A DNA stretch of 64,000 bases from Balanoglossus misakiensis. Its lineage: Eukaryota; Animalia; Hemichordata. This document shows positions 1-13,675 of the stretch, piece after piece. Made by a program: the position numbers and the translations under genes. Positions within the stretch are counted from its first letter, which is position 1; each line of letters starts with the position of its first letter. The notes under the pieces were generated by a model. That model was given only the letters and a program-made list of their open reading frames with translations, was not told the DNA's origin and searched no databases. The stretch spans positions 8,604,254-8,668,253 of the forward strand of contig CM082583.2 of the NCBI GenBank assembly GCA_040954595.2, read 5' to 3'.

Positions 1-1023
1 TTCTGCATTACAAAAGGAAGTTTGTTTTGACTTGAATTGAAAGTACCAGTAAATGTCATGCTTTCCTCAGAGTTACCTTTTTGGGAACTACTGAAAAACC
101 GGATTTGCCGAAGTTGTAAATAGAGATGCAGCGACTGTGAAGATGAAGAGATTGCGGGATAGACCAATCTTGCTAACTATGGGTAAATCAATTACGGGAA
201 TTTGCTGCCGCTGTCTAGTTTGGTAAATTGACAAGTTTCTGATGGAGTCTTCAGATGGTCCGTAATGTGGAGTGTGGATGTTTCCTGTAATGAGTTTTCT
301 ATTTAACTGAACATTGCCATTAGGCGTCTGCTTGAAAGTCAGTGAAGAGTTACTGATGATGCAGAGAGAAGCTCGAAGCTAAAAAGGGTCTTGGACTGCA
401 TGTGGAATGAGGATATTGGCTTTTCTGTGGCAGCTACAGTACAGAGATGGTGACCTGTTTAGTTCCATTCAGGGAATTTCAGCCCAGTTACCCATTTCGG
501 ACATCATAGTGAGGTAGAAAGCCGGGATAAGCAGGTACCAGTCAGAAATCATGATATCCCGTTCTAGTTTCATAGCACATTAGCAGTGAGAACAAAATCT
601 GATGTTAAACATGTTAATTTGTTATTCGGATTGTAGTTAGGGTTGATGAATGTTAATATTTTTTTGCGTCTTTGGAACAGTGACGGGAAAATGAAACATG
701 TTTGCGGAATTTCTGTGCATTTCGCACATAACAGATTTTCATTGTGTGAGTCTTGATTTTGTGGTTCGTAATGAACCCTAAGTGGTTGACTCGGCATTGA
801 GAAGGGTAACTTATCTGCCTGTAAATTAGGGCATATTTTAACTGCAGCCACAGTATCGGTGTTGCATGTCTGGCATTTTTAGCCGCGGGTGATATTCTTT
901 GGAGACAGGGCCCTGTTAAGACGTTGAATGGCTGTAATCTTAGCTCGACGTTTTATCCAATCGAACTATCAATGTAATTTGACGTTTGTTGCGAAACAGA
1001 AATCTCGGGATGCTGCATCACTG

Positions 1024-1037
1024 GTTGCCATGGCAAC
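1024..1037. promoter_or_regulatory. Perfect palindromic RFX X-box GTTGCCATGGCAAC
   Basis: Exact match to the canonical RFX palindrome. Confidence 0.6.
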
Positions 1038-4000
1038 TCATACTCTGGTGGTGGCTGAAGGCATTAGTAACATTTGTGCGCCTGCATGGTTTCAAGTCTT
1101 GGGTTACGATTCTTAATAGGCAATGAAAATTAGAATCTTACGAATGCCAGGAAAATAGTCGGAATAGTTGTTGTAGATGAACCATAGTGTGGATAGACGT
1201 GTACCTTGTGTCATCTATGCGTGCATACACACTTTGATGGATTGTGTAAGAGAAAAAGCAGGAGTTGATAAGAAGATACAAGATAAAGATTGATAAGACG
1301 TTCTCTGTTTGATGAGCATATTCCAGCGGACACACATTGATGTGGAGCTGTCACAAAATCATGAGTGATTTTGTGACATTTATTATGAAGTGCAGTGTTC
1401 AGTGCAGTCATGCAGAACAGTAGTTTCATAGAAATATGAAATAGACTTCAAAAACATCTCTGTATGAACCTGTTTTTAATGAAAAAAGATGGTCCCCAAT
1501 TGATACGGCAGTAATAAGTGTCACCGTGAAAAATATTGCATCTGTGAATTGTGCATTTACTGGGTGAAATCACTTCCTGGATACATTGCAGTATTTCTCA
1601 CGGTAACCTTGGGAATTTTAATGTTTCCTGAATATACAAAGAGAGAGAGAGAGATTATTTATAGGTTTTTATTTAGAGTACAAAAAAGGCAAATGTCACA
1701 TGCCATTACCATATCTTGTTTTCAGCATATCTGATTCACATGTGTTTGTATTTCCTTGAAAATTGCAGATTGAATTTCCTTTCATCTGGAACAGTGATAC
1801 CTTCTGTCATTCATCCTCCACTGGTCTATGATATGTCTTAAAATTAAAGTGAGAGGTATTTTAATAAAAACTTGCCTGGCGTTGGCATTTGTCACTCACT
1901 GTTGGCTTTGCCGCTGTCGTTTGTCCGTACAAGCTGTCATGGCTCTGATCTTCCCCAATTCATTACGTCCATCAGCCTTGTACAAGATGAAAAGACTCTC
2001 AGTTAACAAGTTGACAATGTGTGCTCAAAGGAATAGAATTGCTGCAGTGTAATCAGAAGAGTTAAAAGCATCTATAAATTCCCAAGCAGGTTTCAGTTGT
2101 GGACAGAAGGAAAGTGTAGAAGCATACAAAAATTACCAAAGCCTACTTGACGCACAAGAAGAACGTTTTGCAAATTTGCACGGGTTGAAAAAAATGCTAC
2201 CTGGACAGGTAAATTTATTCATATGTTTGTCGTTGATGGAGAAGGCTCTTGAAATCAGTTCTCCTAATCACGTCCAAGGAAAACATTTGTTTCAATATCT
2301 TTCAGGTTTATTGCCCATTCTAATTCATTACATGTAATTTGTTTGGATTGCAATTATTATGTCAAATACCACTCACAAATAAAGTATTCGCAGTGTGAGA
2401 AATGGGTTAATTGCCAGATATTAATTGGATGGATAAAGGTGAGAATTTTAGAAAGTGGAAATTTACTGTCAGTGTCACTCAGTGCAAGGAAGGGATTTAA
2501 ATCAGTTTTCCTTTCCACGTTGTAATGGCGGAATAACCACTTTTCTGCACTGATTGCCAGACGTCCATGCTGCATTTGCCGTCCCAAGCTACTGAAAGCA
2601 TTATCTTCCTGTGAATTTCTCCCATTGTCTGAGGGAGTTGTTGATCTCACATTTAAATGTCAAAGATGGTTTCCGAGCTGTCCATTAGCTCTTTCAGCAG
2701 AGCAGTGCATAGACGCAAAAATTATTTGAGTCAAAAGTAAAGTGACTTGCCTGCCAGTAATTTTGTCCCAGTGGAATGGAAAAAAAAGGTGATTGAGTCA
2801 ATCAGTGTATTGTGCCATGCGGTCTGGGCATTTGAGGTCTGGGCGTTCTTTTTTACCTTCCTGATATGTTTTATCATCGTAATCAGAGTGTGAAATTTTT
2901 CCATAGTGTACATGTAGGTGGGGGAAACATGAATTCCGGCTACTTTCAAAATGTGTGGTCCTAACAGTTTGCAGAAGCCAGGTTCCAGGCTAACCTGTAA
3001 TGGAAGTCGGGTCGAAGGTTAATGTGTCAATTGAAGGATGCCAAAGCACTCTGCATCAACTGGTAGGAGTGTAACAAATAAGGGTTTTGTCTCCTAAAGC
3101 CAACTTCACTTTGTATGGTTAAGGTTTGACTGCAAAGTCAGATGTAAAATCCTATAATCACCCGGCCTCCCTCTAAGTCAGTTTCACTCTTCAACGCCAA
3201 GGCCAAGAACGATAATTCAATTGACCTGTTCGTATCAGTTGTCCGTCAGGAAAACACAAGTGTTAATGGTAAAAATAGCAAAAGTTTTAATCCTCGGGCT
3301 TCGTAGATGTTTTTGAATTGAAGCATGGGAGTCGGAAAACCCTTTGACATTTTGTTGAAATTGAGGCCCTTTATCTGTGAATCTTCTTGCGTGACTAGTA
3401 AAGGCGTAGGGTCAACAAGCATAATACCCGCCATTCATGCATTATTTTCATGCAATTGTAATAATTCATGCCTGATATGTAATAATGCATTAGATATGTT
3501 TAAAATGACTCGTAAGATACAAATAGTAATTTGCATACCATGTCAACCAAAGAAGCAGCCGTGGGCAGGTTTGAACCAGAAATACGATAGTGTGAATAGA
3601 ATAGAATCAAGCCTTAGCATGGGCACAAAATGAGGCGACACCTTGCTGAAGATTATTCAGAAATATTTTACTGCCAGTCTTACAGCTTAATATTTGGGTT
3701 CAGACTGCCAAATTGGATCTTGTCTGTGCCAAATGACAGTGGGGCTGTAACTGGCTGCTACGAGAATCAAGCTGGTAATGCTGGTATGAGATTTATTGCT
3801 TTGATGGAGACATACAGTGGGTATGGAGCATGAATTGATTATCAGTCCGCATTCCCGAGGCCCAGTGACGAGCTAGCTTTATCAGATTTATGGCGAACGG
3901 TCCTCATACATGCATATCAGAGCTGATTGGCTAATGAAATCAAACTGCCATTTTTCAGCCAATCAAAATTCGATTGGAACCAGATTGACTTGATCACATG

Positions 4001-4427
4001 ACTAATGTGGTGGAATGTTTTACAGTGGGGACATGCCAAATGAAATGAAACTCATGCCGAGCTGTGTACGACGTGCAGCGGTTTACACTGTTTTCATTGT
4101 AATGCTACTTAAGGTGTATATTGTTAGAGAAGTTTCATCAAAAACCCACAGAAAGAATCTGTAGTTGTGTTGTGTGTGAAGCAACATCATTAAGAGTGTC
4201 CCCATGACGACTTCACTCCGTGATAATTTGATGGAGTTATATTTCTAGAATGCTTCAGATTTTTAACGAGTCACGCTTCAATTTCGACGAAGTTTGGGTA
4301 TTTCTCCCGCTGACTGGAGGTCGTCATTAGGATGCACAATTCAGTCTTAGGCCTAATAGTACTGTACAATTTACTGTTGATGCATATATTCTGACAATAA
4401 ATGAGCATGGAGTTCTTTGTTAGTTAC

Positions 4428-4497
4428 GTGTGTGTATGTACATGTATGTGCACACACATTTGTGTGCGTGTGAGTGTGTGTGCGCACGTGTGTGTGT
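4428..4497. repeat. Degenerate (TG)n/(CA)n tract
   Basis: Read directly. Confidence 0.8.
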
Positions 4498-5074
4498 CAC
4501 CAGTGAAACTGATAACTGCTGATAAAAGAGAGCTCACCCACACAATACATCATTTGAAGAAGAGATTATACTAACCCTGTTCAAAATTAAGAACTTTGCA
4601 AAAAAATCCTGAAACGTGGGAAGTCATTTCAGAGCGTTCTGGATGCTGTTATTACCTATACCGGTAACTTCAGTCCAAACCATCGCTATAATAATAGGAT
4701 CATTTCCCCATCCTTTGCCATTACTGGGATTATTTTGAGCTGAAAAGTAACACTAATGCACTCAGTCCATATAGCTAAGCAGTTAATGGTCGTGGTGATG
4801 TGTTGGCCCTTGACCCCATATTAGTATTACCGTGAATTTGTGAGTATTGTTTTTACTCTAATTTCACGGAGGTCCCCATAGGGCACAAAAATCTATCATG
4901 GGCTTTTGCTCACACGGTGTCACCAAGGGTTCTTTTTTCTTGAAAAAAATTGGAATCAGAGGTCACGGCAGATTTTGAGATAGCACAGCTGCCAACTGAA
5001 ATTTAAAATGGTTTCCTGTGTCGGTGTTTGCCAAGTTTGTCTTTGCTGAAAATAAGATGGTGTTGGCAAATAGC

Positions 5075-5172
5075 TCATCATCATCATCATCATCATCACC
5101 ACCACCACCACCATCATCACCAATACCACCACCACTACAACCACTATCATCATCATCATCATCATCATCATT

Positions 5173-5227
<55 letters not shown>

Positions 5228-5258
5228 CCATCATCATCACCATCACCACCACCATCAC

Positions 5259-5290
<32 letters not shown>

Positions 5291-5303
5291 CCATCACCAT
5301 CAC

Positions 5304-5374
<71 letters not shown>
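5075..5374. repeat. (ATC)n microsatellite, ~100 units with ACC variants
   Basis: Read directly; it explains the poly-M/D/S/H ORFs. Confidence 0.98.
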
Positions 5375-5376
<2 letters not shown>

Positions 5377-8300
5377 GAACAGTTTTCTCATTGGTTTGCA
5401 GCTCCCAGCAGTTAGAGATGACCCCACCGGATGTAATCCAGTTGTCATGCATATTGCCACTGAGATCCAGGCTGTCATTTACAAATGTAAGACCCTGCTG
5501 CCGAACAGTTCCTCTATTAGAACCAGAAGAAGCTGTATCATTGTTGAAGCAGAGTTTCGATCCGAGAGTTGTAATTTACTCTGTGCAGCAATTGGAGTAA
5601 ATTCTCGGCTGTCACAATGCCACATGTTGGGGTCAGCGTGTGATGTTGTGTAGAAACTGTCACTCCATGTCTGTTGATAGAGAGATTACACAGCTTGTGA
5701 TCGGTACGACCTTCATTACACAGCACACGAAGAGAAGTTCTAGCCATGTGCTCGATGTATAGAAGCCCAAATTATTGCTCTCTGGTATTCCTTGTGATTT
5801 TTAGCTCAGGATATTACATGTACTAATGCCCGGTCAAGGATTTCTAGAGACTCGCTAGATGAGGATTTAGATGGGAAGATCTGCAGCTAAAGCTAATACA
5901 TGTTTGGTGCCGTGTGCGTGCAGTTGACATAAGGTGCCCACATTTTTTATTATTGACTCCTGATGCCCCTGTGCAGTGGGGATTGGTTTAAAACGTCTTG
6001 ATTGAGCTTGCGTGTGGCATTGACAATAGCGTGGTTTACGCGCCCTGAAAGAAAATTCTCTCCAGAAAATAAAAAAGGCTTCATGGCGTATGCAGAGAGG
6101 TTGATATTTTTAACACACGCACAGTGGCCTTTAACTTTGGTTGATGATTAATTTAATCAGCAAATATTGCTTTATTTGCACTCGGGTGACCAGAGCATTG
6201 TATGGCCTCGGAAAGATATCGCTCTAGATTCAGTGCCTTGTCGATCAAACTCTGTTAATTTCCTCCCCTGTGCTGTGAAGCCACTCATGTGAGTATTGCA
6301 AGTATTTTTCATGAGATCGATTGCCGTCCATTTTGGTGAGTGTGTTTTTCTCCCTTTGTCGGTGCGTTTGAAGCGGGTAAAAATAGCTTCCTTCGTTCCT
6401 CTGACGTGATCGAGAGGCCATGTCTACTCAAATTATGGCTGTGTACTTTGAACAAGGACATGTCGGGCAGATATGTTCAGTCTGGCGATGATTGGATAAA
6501 CAATCCATCCTGGGAATTTTTTTTATCAAGTGCATGTTCAAGGATGTTCTGCGCTCTTGAAAACTGTGCGCCAACTGCACATGTTGCATTTTGCAAGTTC
6601 TCCGTCTGTTAATTCCCGATGTCAGAGGAGACCAACACAGATCACGGAACATTCCTTCTGGGTCTCTATATTTCCTTGGAAATCCAGTCTTCCATTGATG
6701 GTCGGTTTACCTAATTGGTGATCTTGACCTCATTGCATAAAAGAAGCTGTCAAGAGAAGAATTTCTTGTTATCTTTCCATTTCTATAAACACTCTGTCAA
6801 TCCTTTGTATAATCTTATCAATTGATAAAGCTGTTACCTATTGTGATTTTGTTTGGGAGAGAAGATTGACCTTTTTCAAGGTTTATTCTTTACTAATACT
6901 TGTTGGTTTTGTTTTTCAAAAAATATCCCATAATGCATTGCAGTCTTAGGCACCCAGCTAGTTTTCATTCATGATCAATGCTGACTGACCTTGAAGTATG
7001 TGACCTGACTGGGCTATTGACATGCAGATGAATTTGGCCTTGGAGCCTGTCCTTGGAATGTGAGTGTGAGGTGGGAAAAAAATCCAGATACACTGGGATT
7101 TGTCGGGGGTGCCTGCAATTTTCACAGATTATCATTTTGATATTTATGCCTGTCAGTGATACAGAGTTAATAATGATAGAATGTTTTACCTCGGATCAAT
7201 GCTTATCCCAAATCTCATATGTATGACATAGCCAAACCAAATAATCTATGTGTCATGCTACATTTTAAAATCTCTCATATTTCAGAGAACAACTAACGTT
7301 ATTGTCACATTTTTATCAATTACACTGTCATATTGAGTATAGGTATTTGACTGCTTTGTTTTAATAAAATAAATTGGTACGTTCACTGTTTTATTTTCTA
7401 TTTAGGATTTTTATTGATTTTGTAAAATTGATGGTGTGGGTTTTGTCCCGATCACACTATGAGCATGCATTTTGACAAATTACAGAACTGTGCAGACCTG
7501 GTAGTTTAGTCAGTTATATACATGTATGTAGGTAAATGCTACTAAAAAGGAAAAATATGTCCTAATGGACATGGTAATATACATGTATATGCTTTCTATT
7601 TTTAGACTGAACTGTAAGGCTGTCTTCACATATTGTCGGAAAGTTGGTGATCATAGCAACCTGCTTGAAAAATTCCCTCAGGCGTTGTTCATAAAATATT
7701 ACTAACCCTTTTGACATGATCCGTGCAATTTAGTAACAAGTTGGTCTGATGGCCCGAAATTCCGTGCATAAGATTTTCAATTTTATCATGTATGTATAGT
7801 CTCTATGTAGCTTTAACCTCAAAAACAAACAGTATTTTTTTACATAATGGACGACATTAAAACCACCAGTTACTCATGATGAAACCATCCACAAAAAAGG
7901 AGGTTGCAGCTTCAGGATTTAATGAACAGAGTGCAAGCAGGTGTAATTAAATTAATACATTGAATTTATAGGGTTTTATATTCACAAAATACAGCTACAG
8001 TGTACATGTACTGGTATGTACATGTATGGACAAGGGCTCTGTATGATATATTGGATGAGCCAGAGGCGTCTCCAGTGTTTCATGTACAGAGCCTGAGACC
8101 ATACACGGCAAAACATGTACACGTATTTTGTATTTTTAGTATCCCAATTATCGTACACCTATCATCATTAAGTGTTGAATGGTAAATTTTGAGGAGCAAA
8201 GCCATCTGCCATGAAAATTGTTGCAAAATTTATTATGCAAATGATTTGACATCCAGCCAATCCTTCAGTCACTTGGTAGGTAGGAGCGTGTACGTATGAA

Positions 8301-11300
8301 TGCATCGGCCATTTTGGACGTTTGTATACTGTACGAATATGGAAACATATTATTTGATAGAATTAGTCTACCGTCTCTGCGTGTAATTCAGTGTGTTGGA
8401 TTTAATACGTGCTATTTGGAAACTGCACACCCGCTGGGCTGTTTCCTTTTCTCACAAACGTCAGAAGAAATCAGAGCAGCGTGGGCTTTGTAGGAAGGCT
8501 TATTTAAAACTCCAAGGTGTCGGTGTAAGCTGGCGTGGGGGAGGGGGGATCCATCAGAGGAAACAAAGCAGACGGATCAAAGAGAAAGTTATACGAGCTG
8601 TCTGCCTAGTGCAGTTCCTGACAGCCATCGAATCGACCCTGGACTGACGCTCCGTGGGGAAAAAATTAAAACGTCCGGTGCTAACGGAATTCAAAATAGT
8701 GTGTGCCGTAAAATGATGTCATGAGCTGTAGCCTTGTTTATACAGATTAATGGAATGCAGTATTATTTTGTATTTTTATATCCCTTTACTACCCATTGGA
8801 CCCCCCTGTGACATCATAACGTGGTGTTTTCGTTCGAGTCATTCAAGCGTCATGCTAGCATTAAAATACGAAACCTACTGTAACTGATATCATGATATTA
8901 AAGTAGTTTGAAATTATGCAGGCACCATGTAACATATTTATTAGTGCAGTGTTTCCCAGATTTTATAATTTCCGTTGTAAAAATGTGCAGTTCTGTACTA
9001 GAAATACAAAAATAATGAGGGCCTGGTATTTATCAAATGACAACAAATATAAGTGTACACCTGAGCATACATTACTTATTTATTGTTTTCAGGATGAGTT
9101 ATTAAATATGAAATTAATATCTATTATCATGTCTCATGTATTGCAATTGTACATATTGGTACATTGCAATACATGTACATGTACATATCTGTGAAGCCTG
9201 TTTACTCGAATACAATTGAGCTCGTCACCCACATTCCCTTATTAGAGCCAGTACCTCCCTGGGGATTCATCAGAAATTGCAAGTTATGATTGAACAGTGT
9301 GCTTTTTAGTCACCTTCAGTGTCTGCAATTTTTCCTCAATTTCCACGGAAATAGCAACTTCTGTCAAATATTGATCCCATGTTCAACCCATGTGAAATGC
9401 AGGTCCTGCCATGTGTAACAAGTTACACTATATTATGAATGTGTTTACAGACAAACCATCGGCCCAGATGCAATTTAAATAGGGGGCAACGTAAGGTTAT
9501 GGCATAGACGTTTCATGCCTTGTAGTCGATGCGGTCTCGTGGGACGCCGTGGCGCTGAATTATTTATAACGGTGACCTTGTGTCATTCCAGAGTGGTGCA
9601 ATAATTAATTTTCATGTCATTTTTACGTGCCGCCATCTTTCGTGTGTCAAGCACGCTGACATGTGAATAATCCAGCTTCCTGTTCTTAATTTGAACTCTA
9701 ACCTGTGTGTGTTTGCATGATGTGTCATTACTCGAGTGTACGTTTGAGTGGGGAATGTGATAGCCAGAGATGCCAGACGGACTGGGTTTGTTTTTCCTAT
9801 TGTATTAGGGGCGTGCAGGTGAGAGCTGTGTGATTACAATGTAATTGTTTGTCAATTCATGTTTTGAGCAACAACACGACATAAAACAGGCTGTGTGAGT
9901 TTGTAGATTGTATTAAATCTATGAGTCAGTGTTGTCATCAATAAAAACGATATAGGTCAGAAGCAGAGCGCTACATGTTTCTCTCTACCTGTTCTATAAT
10001 TAGGAATGCTGTTATTACTTGCGTGTGAAATATGTAGAAAATATGGTGCCTCTGTTACGCATCTGAATGCTGGGAAATTTTCTCATTAGCATGGTTAGGA
10101 TTGTTTACTTCAGGATTATTGAAATTTGAAAAACACCTAAATTGTGTATTTTTTTAGTTCAACAGAAATCTGTGACAGTAGGACAAAAATTAATATCTGT
10201 CAGTAGCAGTCATGCCTAAGACTGGAGTAGTCTATTTATAAACCTATGTGATATACCTGAGTCACGTTGGCTGAGATGGATTATGTTATGAAAGAAAAGA
10301 TTCAATTAAAACGTAAGAGCAGTGGATTTCAGGCGGAGTGGGGAAACAGTAAATGGAATTTGATGAAATGTGATTTTGTGTTCGGATGAACAGAATTCCA
10401 CTGATAATGTAAAATTAATGGTTCTGTGAAATATTTCTAGGAGGCAAAATACCTTAACAGATTTACAGTGTGGTCAGATGGTCGTTGTATTTTGGCTGTG
10501 CAGGTACTATAATATTTCGCTCATGATGAGAGCAACCAGGTTAATGGTAGTGCAAACATCACTCTGCTGACTCATCAAATGTTGAGAAAGAAACGAAATA
10601 TGAATCAGAGTGATTCATCTGACTGTGACCTTGATTTCTACATCTAAGTTTAAGGCATTATTCACAAATTACAGTGAAGCCCTCTGTAAAAGGGAACTTG
10701 AATTGAACGTACAGAGGAAATGTTTGGTTTCATTTGATGTTATAGCTGTCATTATTTTACGGGCAAGTATACATGTATACAGGGTAAGTGTGCACAATTT
10801 ACAACCTTACAGGTTCATAATGGTTTCAGGTTATCCCAGAATATTTGTGGATCATGACTTCAATTCCTGTGCTAGTTATAAAATTGTGATTATTTTTATA
10901 GCAGGTCTGGTAGGTCTTGGTTCTAATCCCGTTAAAACTACAAGTTGATTTATCCGAGTTATTTAATACATTGCTGTAGTATTAATGAAATAATAGTGTG
11001 ACTCTCAAGTCATGACTTGGCCTCTGCTGCAGAATACTTTAATTCCAAAATTGTTAAATTTATGTAATCAGATAAAAATATAGGAAACTGACTTGCTATT
11101 CAAATTGTTTGGGGAGTGACCTGGCCACCCGACCATTCTTGCAGAATATGGCGTATTTTTGTGTATTTTATGTGAAAGCTGTCGCATAGACATTTGTGTA
11201 AACATTACAAGGACTTCCCATTTGGCATCAGAATCCATCCCTGTTGTTTCATCCGCTCTGATTCATCGATTACTGCGGCAGTTTGTAACAGACTGTGATG

Positions 11301-11907
11301 GATTTTCGGCCTAAGTGAGCAGACTACGGGTGATACGAGATAACGGTGCATCAGAATCATGCGCTTTAGCCATTACGGCGGTATAGGTAGTCATCCAACT
11401 GTGGGACACGCACAACTGCATGTACATTGCAGGATTAGAACTACGCCTGCCGACAGACCGCACAGATTACATGATTCGCAAAGACGAGAATACTTTTTGC
11501 GGTCGCCGCCGAGAGTGATGGAAACAAATGGAAGCTGATTTCTGTGTAATCGTGCGTCCAAATTGATGTTCCAAGTGCTTGCATCACAGAACCGAGTGCG
11601 TGGAAAGCAACTGCCAATTTCGGTGGAAGTGGCCTCCTGTATTGGCTGCTTGACTTGAGACAGGCAGAGGAATATTTTGTGTAAGGCTATGTTACTCTGT
11701 GGTATTTGAACCTTCTTGCTGAAATTGCGCGTCCCTTGTGTGCAGAAAAAAAAATGGCATCGCTCAAATTTTGAAATTAAAAACGTGTCTATCAGGATGT
11801 TACAAAAGGCAGGATAAATTGGTGAATCACCGGCACAATGAAACCCGCTAAGTTGTCGGATTAACGAAAAAAAAATTGTCTGCCAGTGATGGTTCTGCAA
11901 GCCGCTT

Positions 11908-12275
11908 TATAAAAGGCACAGGGACAGGGGGATTGCTACTCTGTGCTACGTAGCCATGGAAACCACGTGAAATGCCTCTCTTCATCTGCCAAGAAGTCCA
12001 CCAGGCTGACCCGTCGACCTCCGTAAATCTTCATTTGTATCGATCTCAATGATCTCGTGTGATTCAATCAAAAAATGTCTTGCCTCTTTAAAAACGATAC
12101 CTCACTTTCCCCTCGGGGGATACGCGCCATTCCTGAAGGACTTTGACCTGCAGAGGAAGCGATCCGAAAGCTTGCAAAATAATAGAACATGTATCATGTA
12201 CCTTTCCTGTGTCTGGAGAGCTAGAGCACTTATTTCTCTTGTTAGCGACAGATACTGTTATTATCTTCTCCTAAG
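11908..12275 (+). promoter_or_regulatory. Candidate TATA/Inr promoter and 5' exon of APBA
   Basis: TATAAAAG at 11908; Inr-like CTACTCT with its A at 11938 (30 nt later); X-box-like GTAGCCATGGAAAC at 11950; CACGTG; donor AAG|GTGAAT at 12276. Confidence 0.35.
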
Positions 12276-13675
12276 GTGAATGGGCATGATGATAAACCCT
12301 GAATGAATTCATCTTTTTCATTATTACATTCCACTAAGCCTTCACTGAAAACACTGGCGTGAGGTGGTTATATATCCATGGCAGTTTCCCAAGGCTAATA
12401 GTATCATAAATTGTAAAGTCTGCTCATTACTAATACTACTTGCAAAGCCTGACTGAAAACCTGATATATTGAATAGGTATTTATTCTAGGCATGTCTCCA
12501 ATAGCTGGGTTTTTTTCAGTGCTTAGTAGCAAATCATAGGTTCTGCTTGTGTCTTGCAAAACAATGGCAACATACATGGAAACATACTAAGTACATGAAC
12601 ATGTATGTCATACATGCATGTCATCTGACCTTTGACTTTGAAATGGGGTGGGGGGGGGGGGGGCTGTCGAACCACTGCATTCCAAGACATTCATATGAAT
12701 AGTCTCAACAGTATAAAGTACACGCATAGCATGTGTGCACTTTGCTGATGATTATACTATTTTAATAATGTAAATCATAGCTTACAGTCACGAATTTGGC
12801 ATTTCAGTTCATAAATAAAATTCAAGATTTGGTTCTCGATGAAAGCTGATAGTAAAATGTTATGAAAGATATCAATTATACGACTAGACTGTATGCACAA
12901 TATAATATCATATCTCTATTTTGTTCATCAAAAGATATGATTTACAGGCTTTTCAAACCGCAGGGTAATATCAGTCCAATACAGTCTGCATACAACCACA
13001 GCTGGACACCTCCAATTTATATACTCGCGCACATAAAAAAATCCATCTTAGGCAGTTGTTAAGATGCTTTCCTAAGGAACAACTGAGACGAGATATAATG
13101 ATGGCCACATGCATTCCTTATATGTTACATGTTTGCTATTGGTGCTGTAGGTCTCTGTTCAAATATCCATTCATATCCAGTGGATAAAACTGAACTGCTC
13201 TAGATTTCCATGCACCCTGATCACTGATGTAAATTTTGTATGATTGATATTGGAGTGGCCCAGCTAATTCCAAAGTAGCAGAAAGCATTTTAATAAGTGG
13301 ATGAAGATAATAAAAATCTATCCATGAAGAAGTTTGCCCCAATTTCCTGTGGAGATAGTCGTTTGTTTAGAATCATTTAAAATGAGACCATGTTTGTACT
13401 GTGATTTTTGGAGTAGGTGGGCTTGCCTTGTAGTCATTTTCTCTATTAATAAGCGCTTTTCTTGGAGTCTTTAATTCCAGACGATAAAAATTGACATTTG
13501 GCTTTCAGTTTCTGATCAGATAGATTTTACAGCATTTAAATATTAATGTTCTGATTTTTTTTGCTTGCTCTCCTTGAAGAGAGAAAAAGAAGATTCACTA
13601 ATCTAGACTTAGAGTGACTGATTTTTTTTTTTGCTTTTCTGTTTTTTTTTCTGTGCAGGTAGTTACTCTGCTGCC

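Noticed and set aside
4956-5653. Poly-Met, poly-Asp, poly-Ser and poly-His ORFs
   Set aside because: Artefacts of the (ATC)n microsatellite; no splice or codon support.
13631-13675. TTG start and MLFCFFFC leader of the 1263-aa ORF
   Set aside because: This is the polypyrimidine tract and acceptor; the real start is the Kozak ATG at 13676, and the TGA at 17420 lies inside the donor site.
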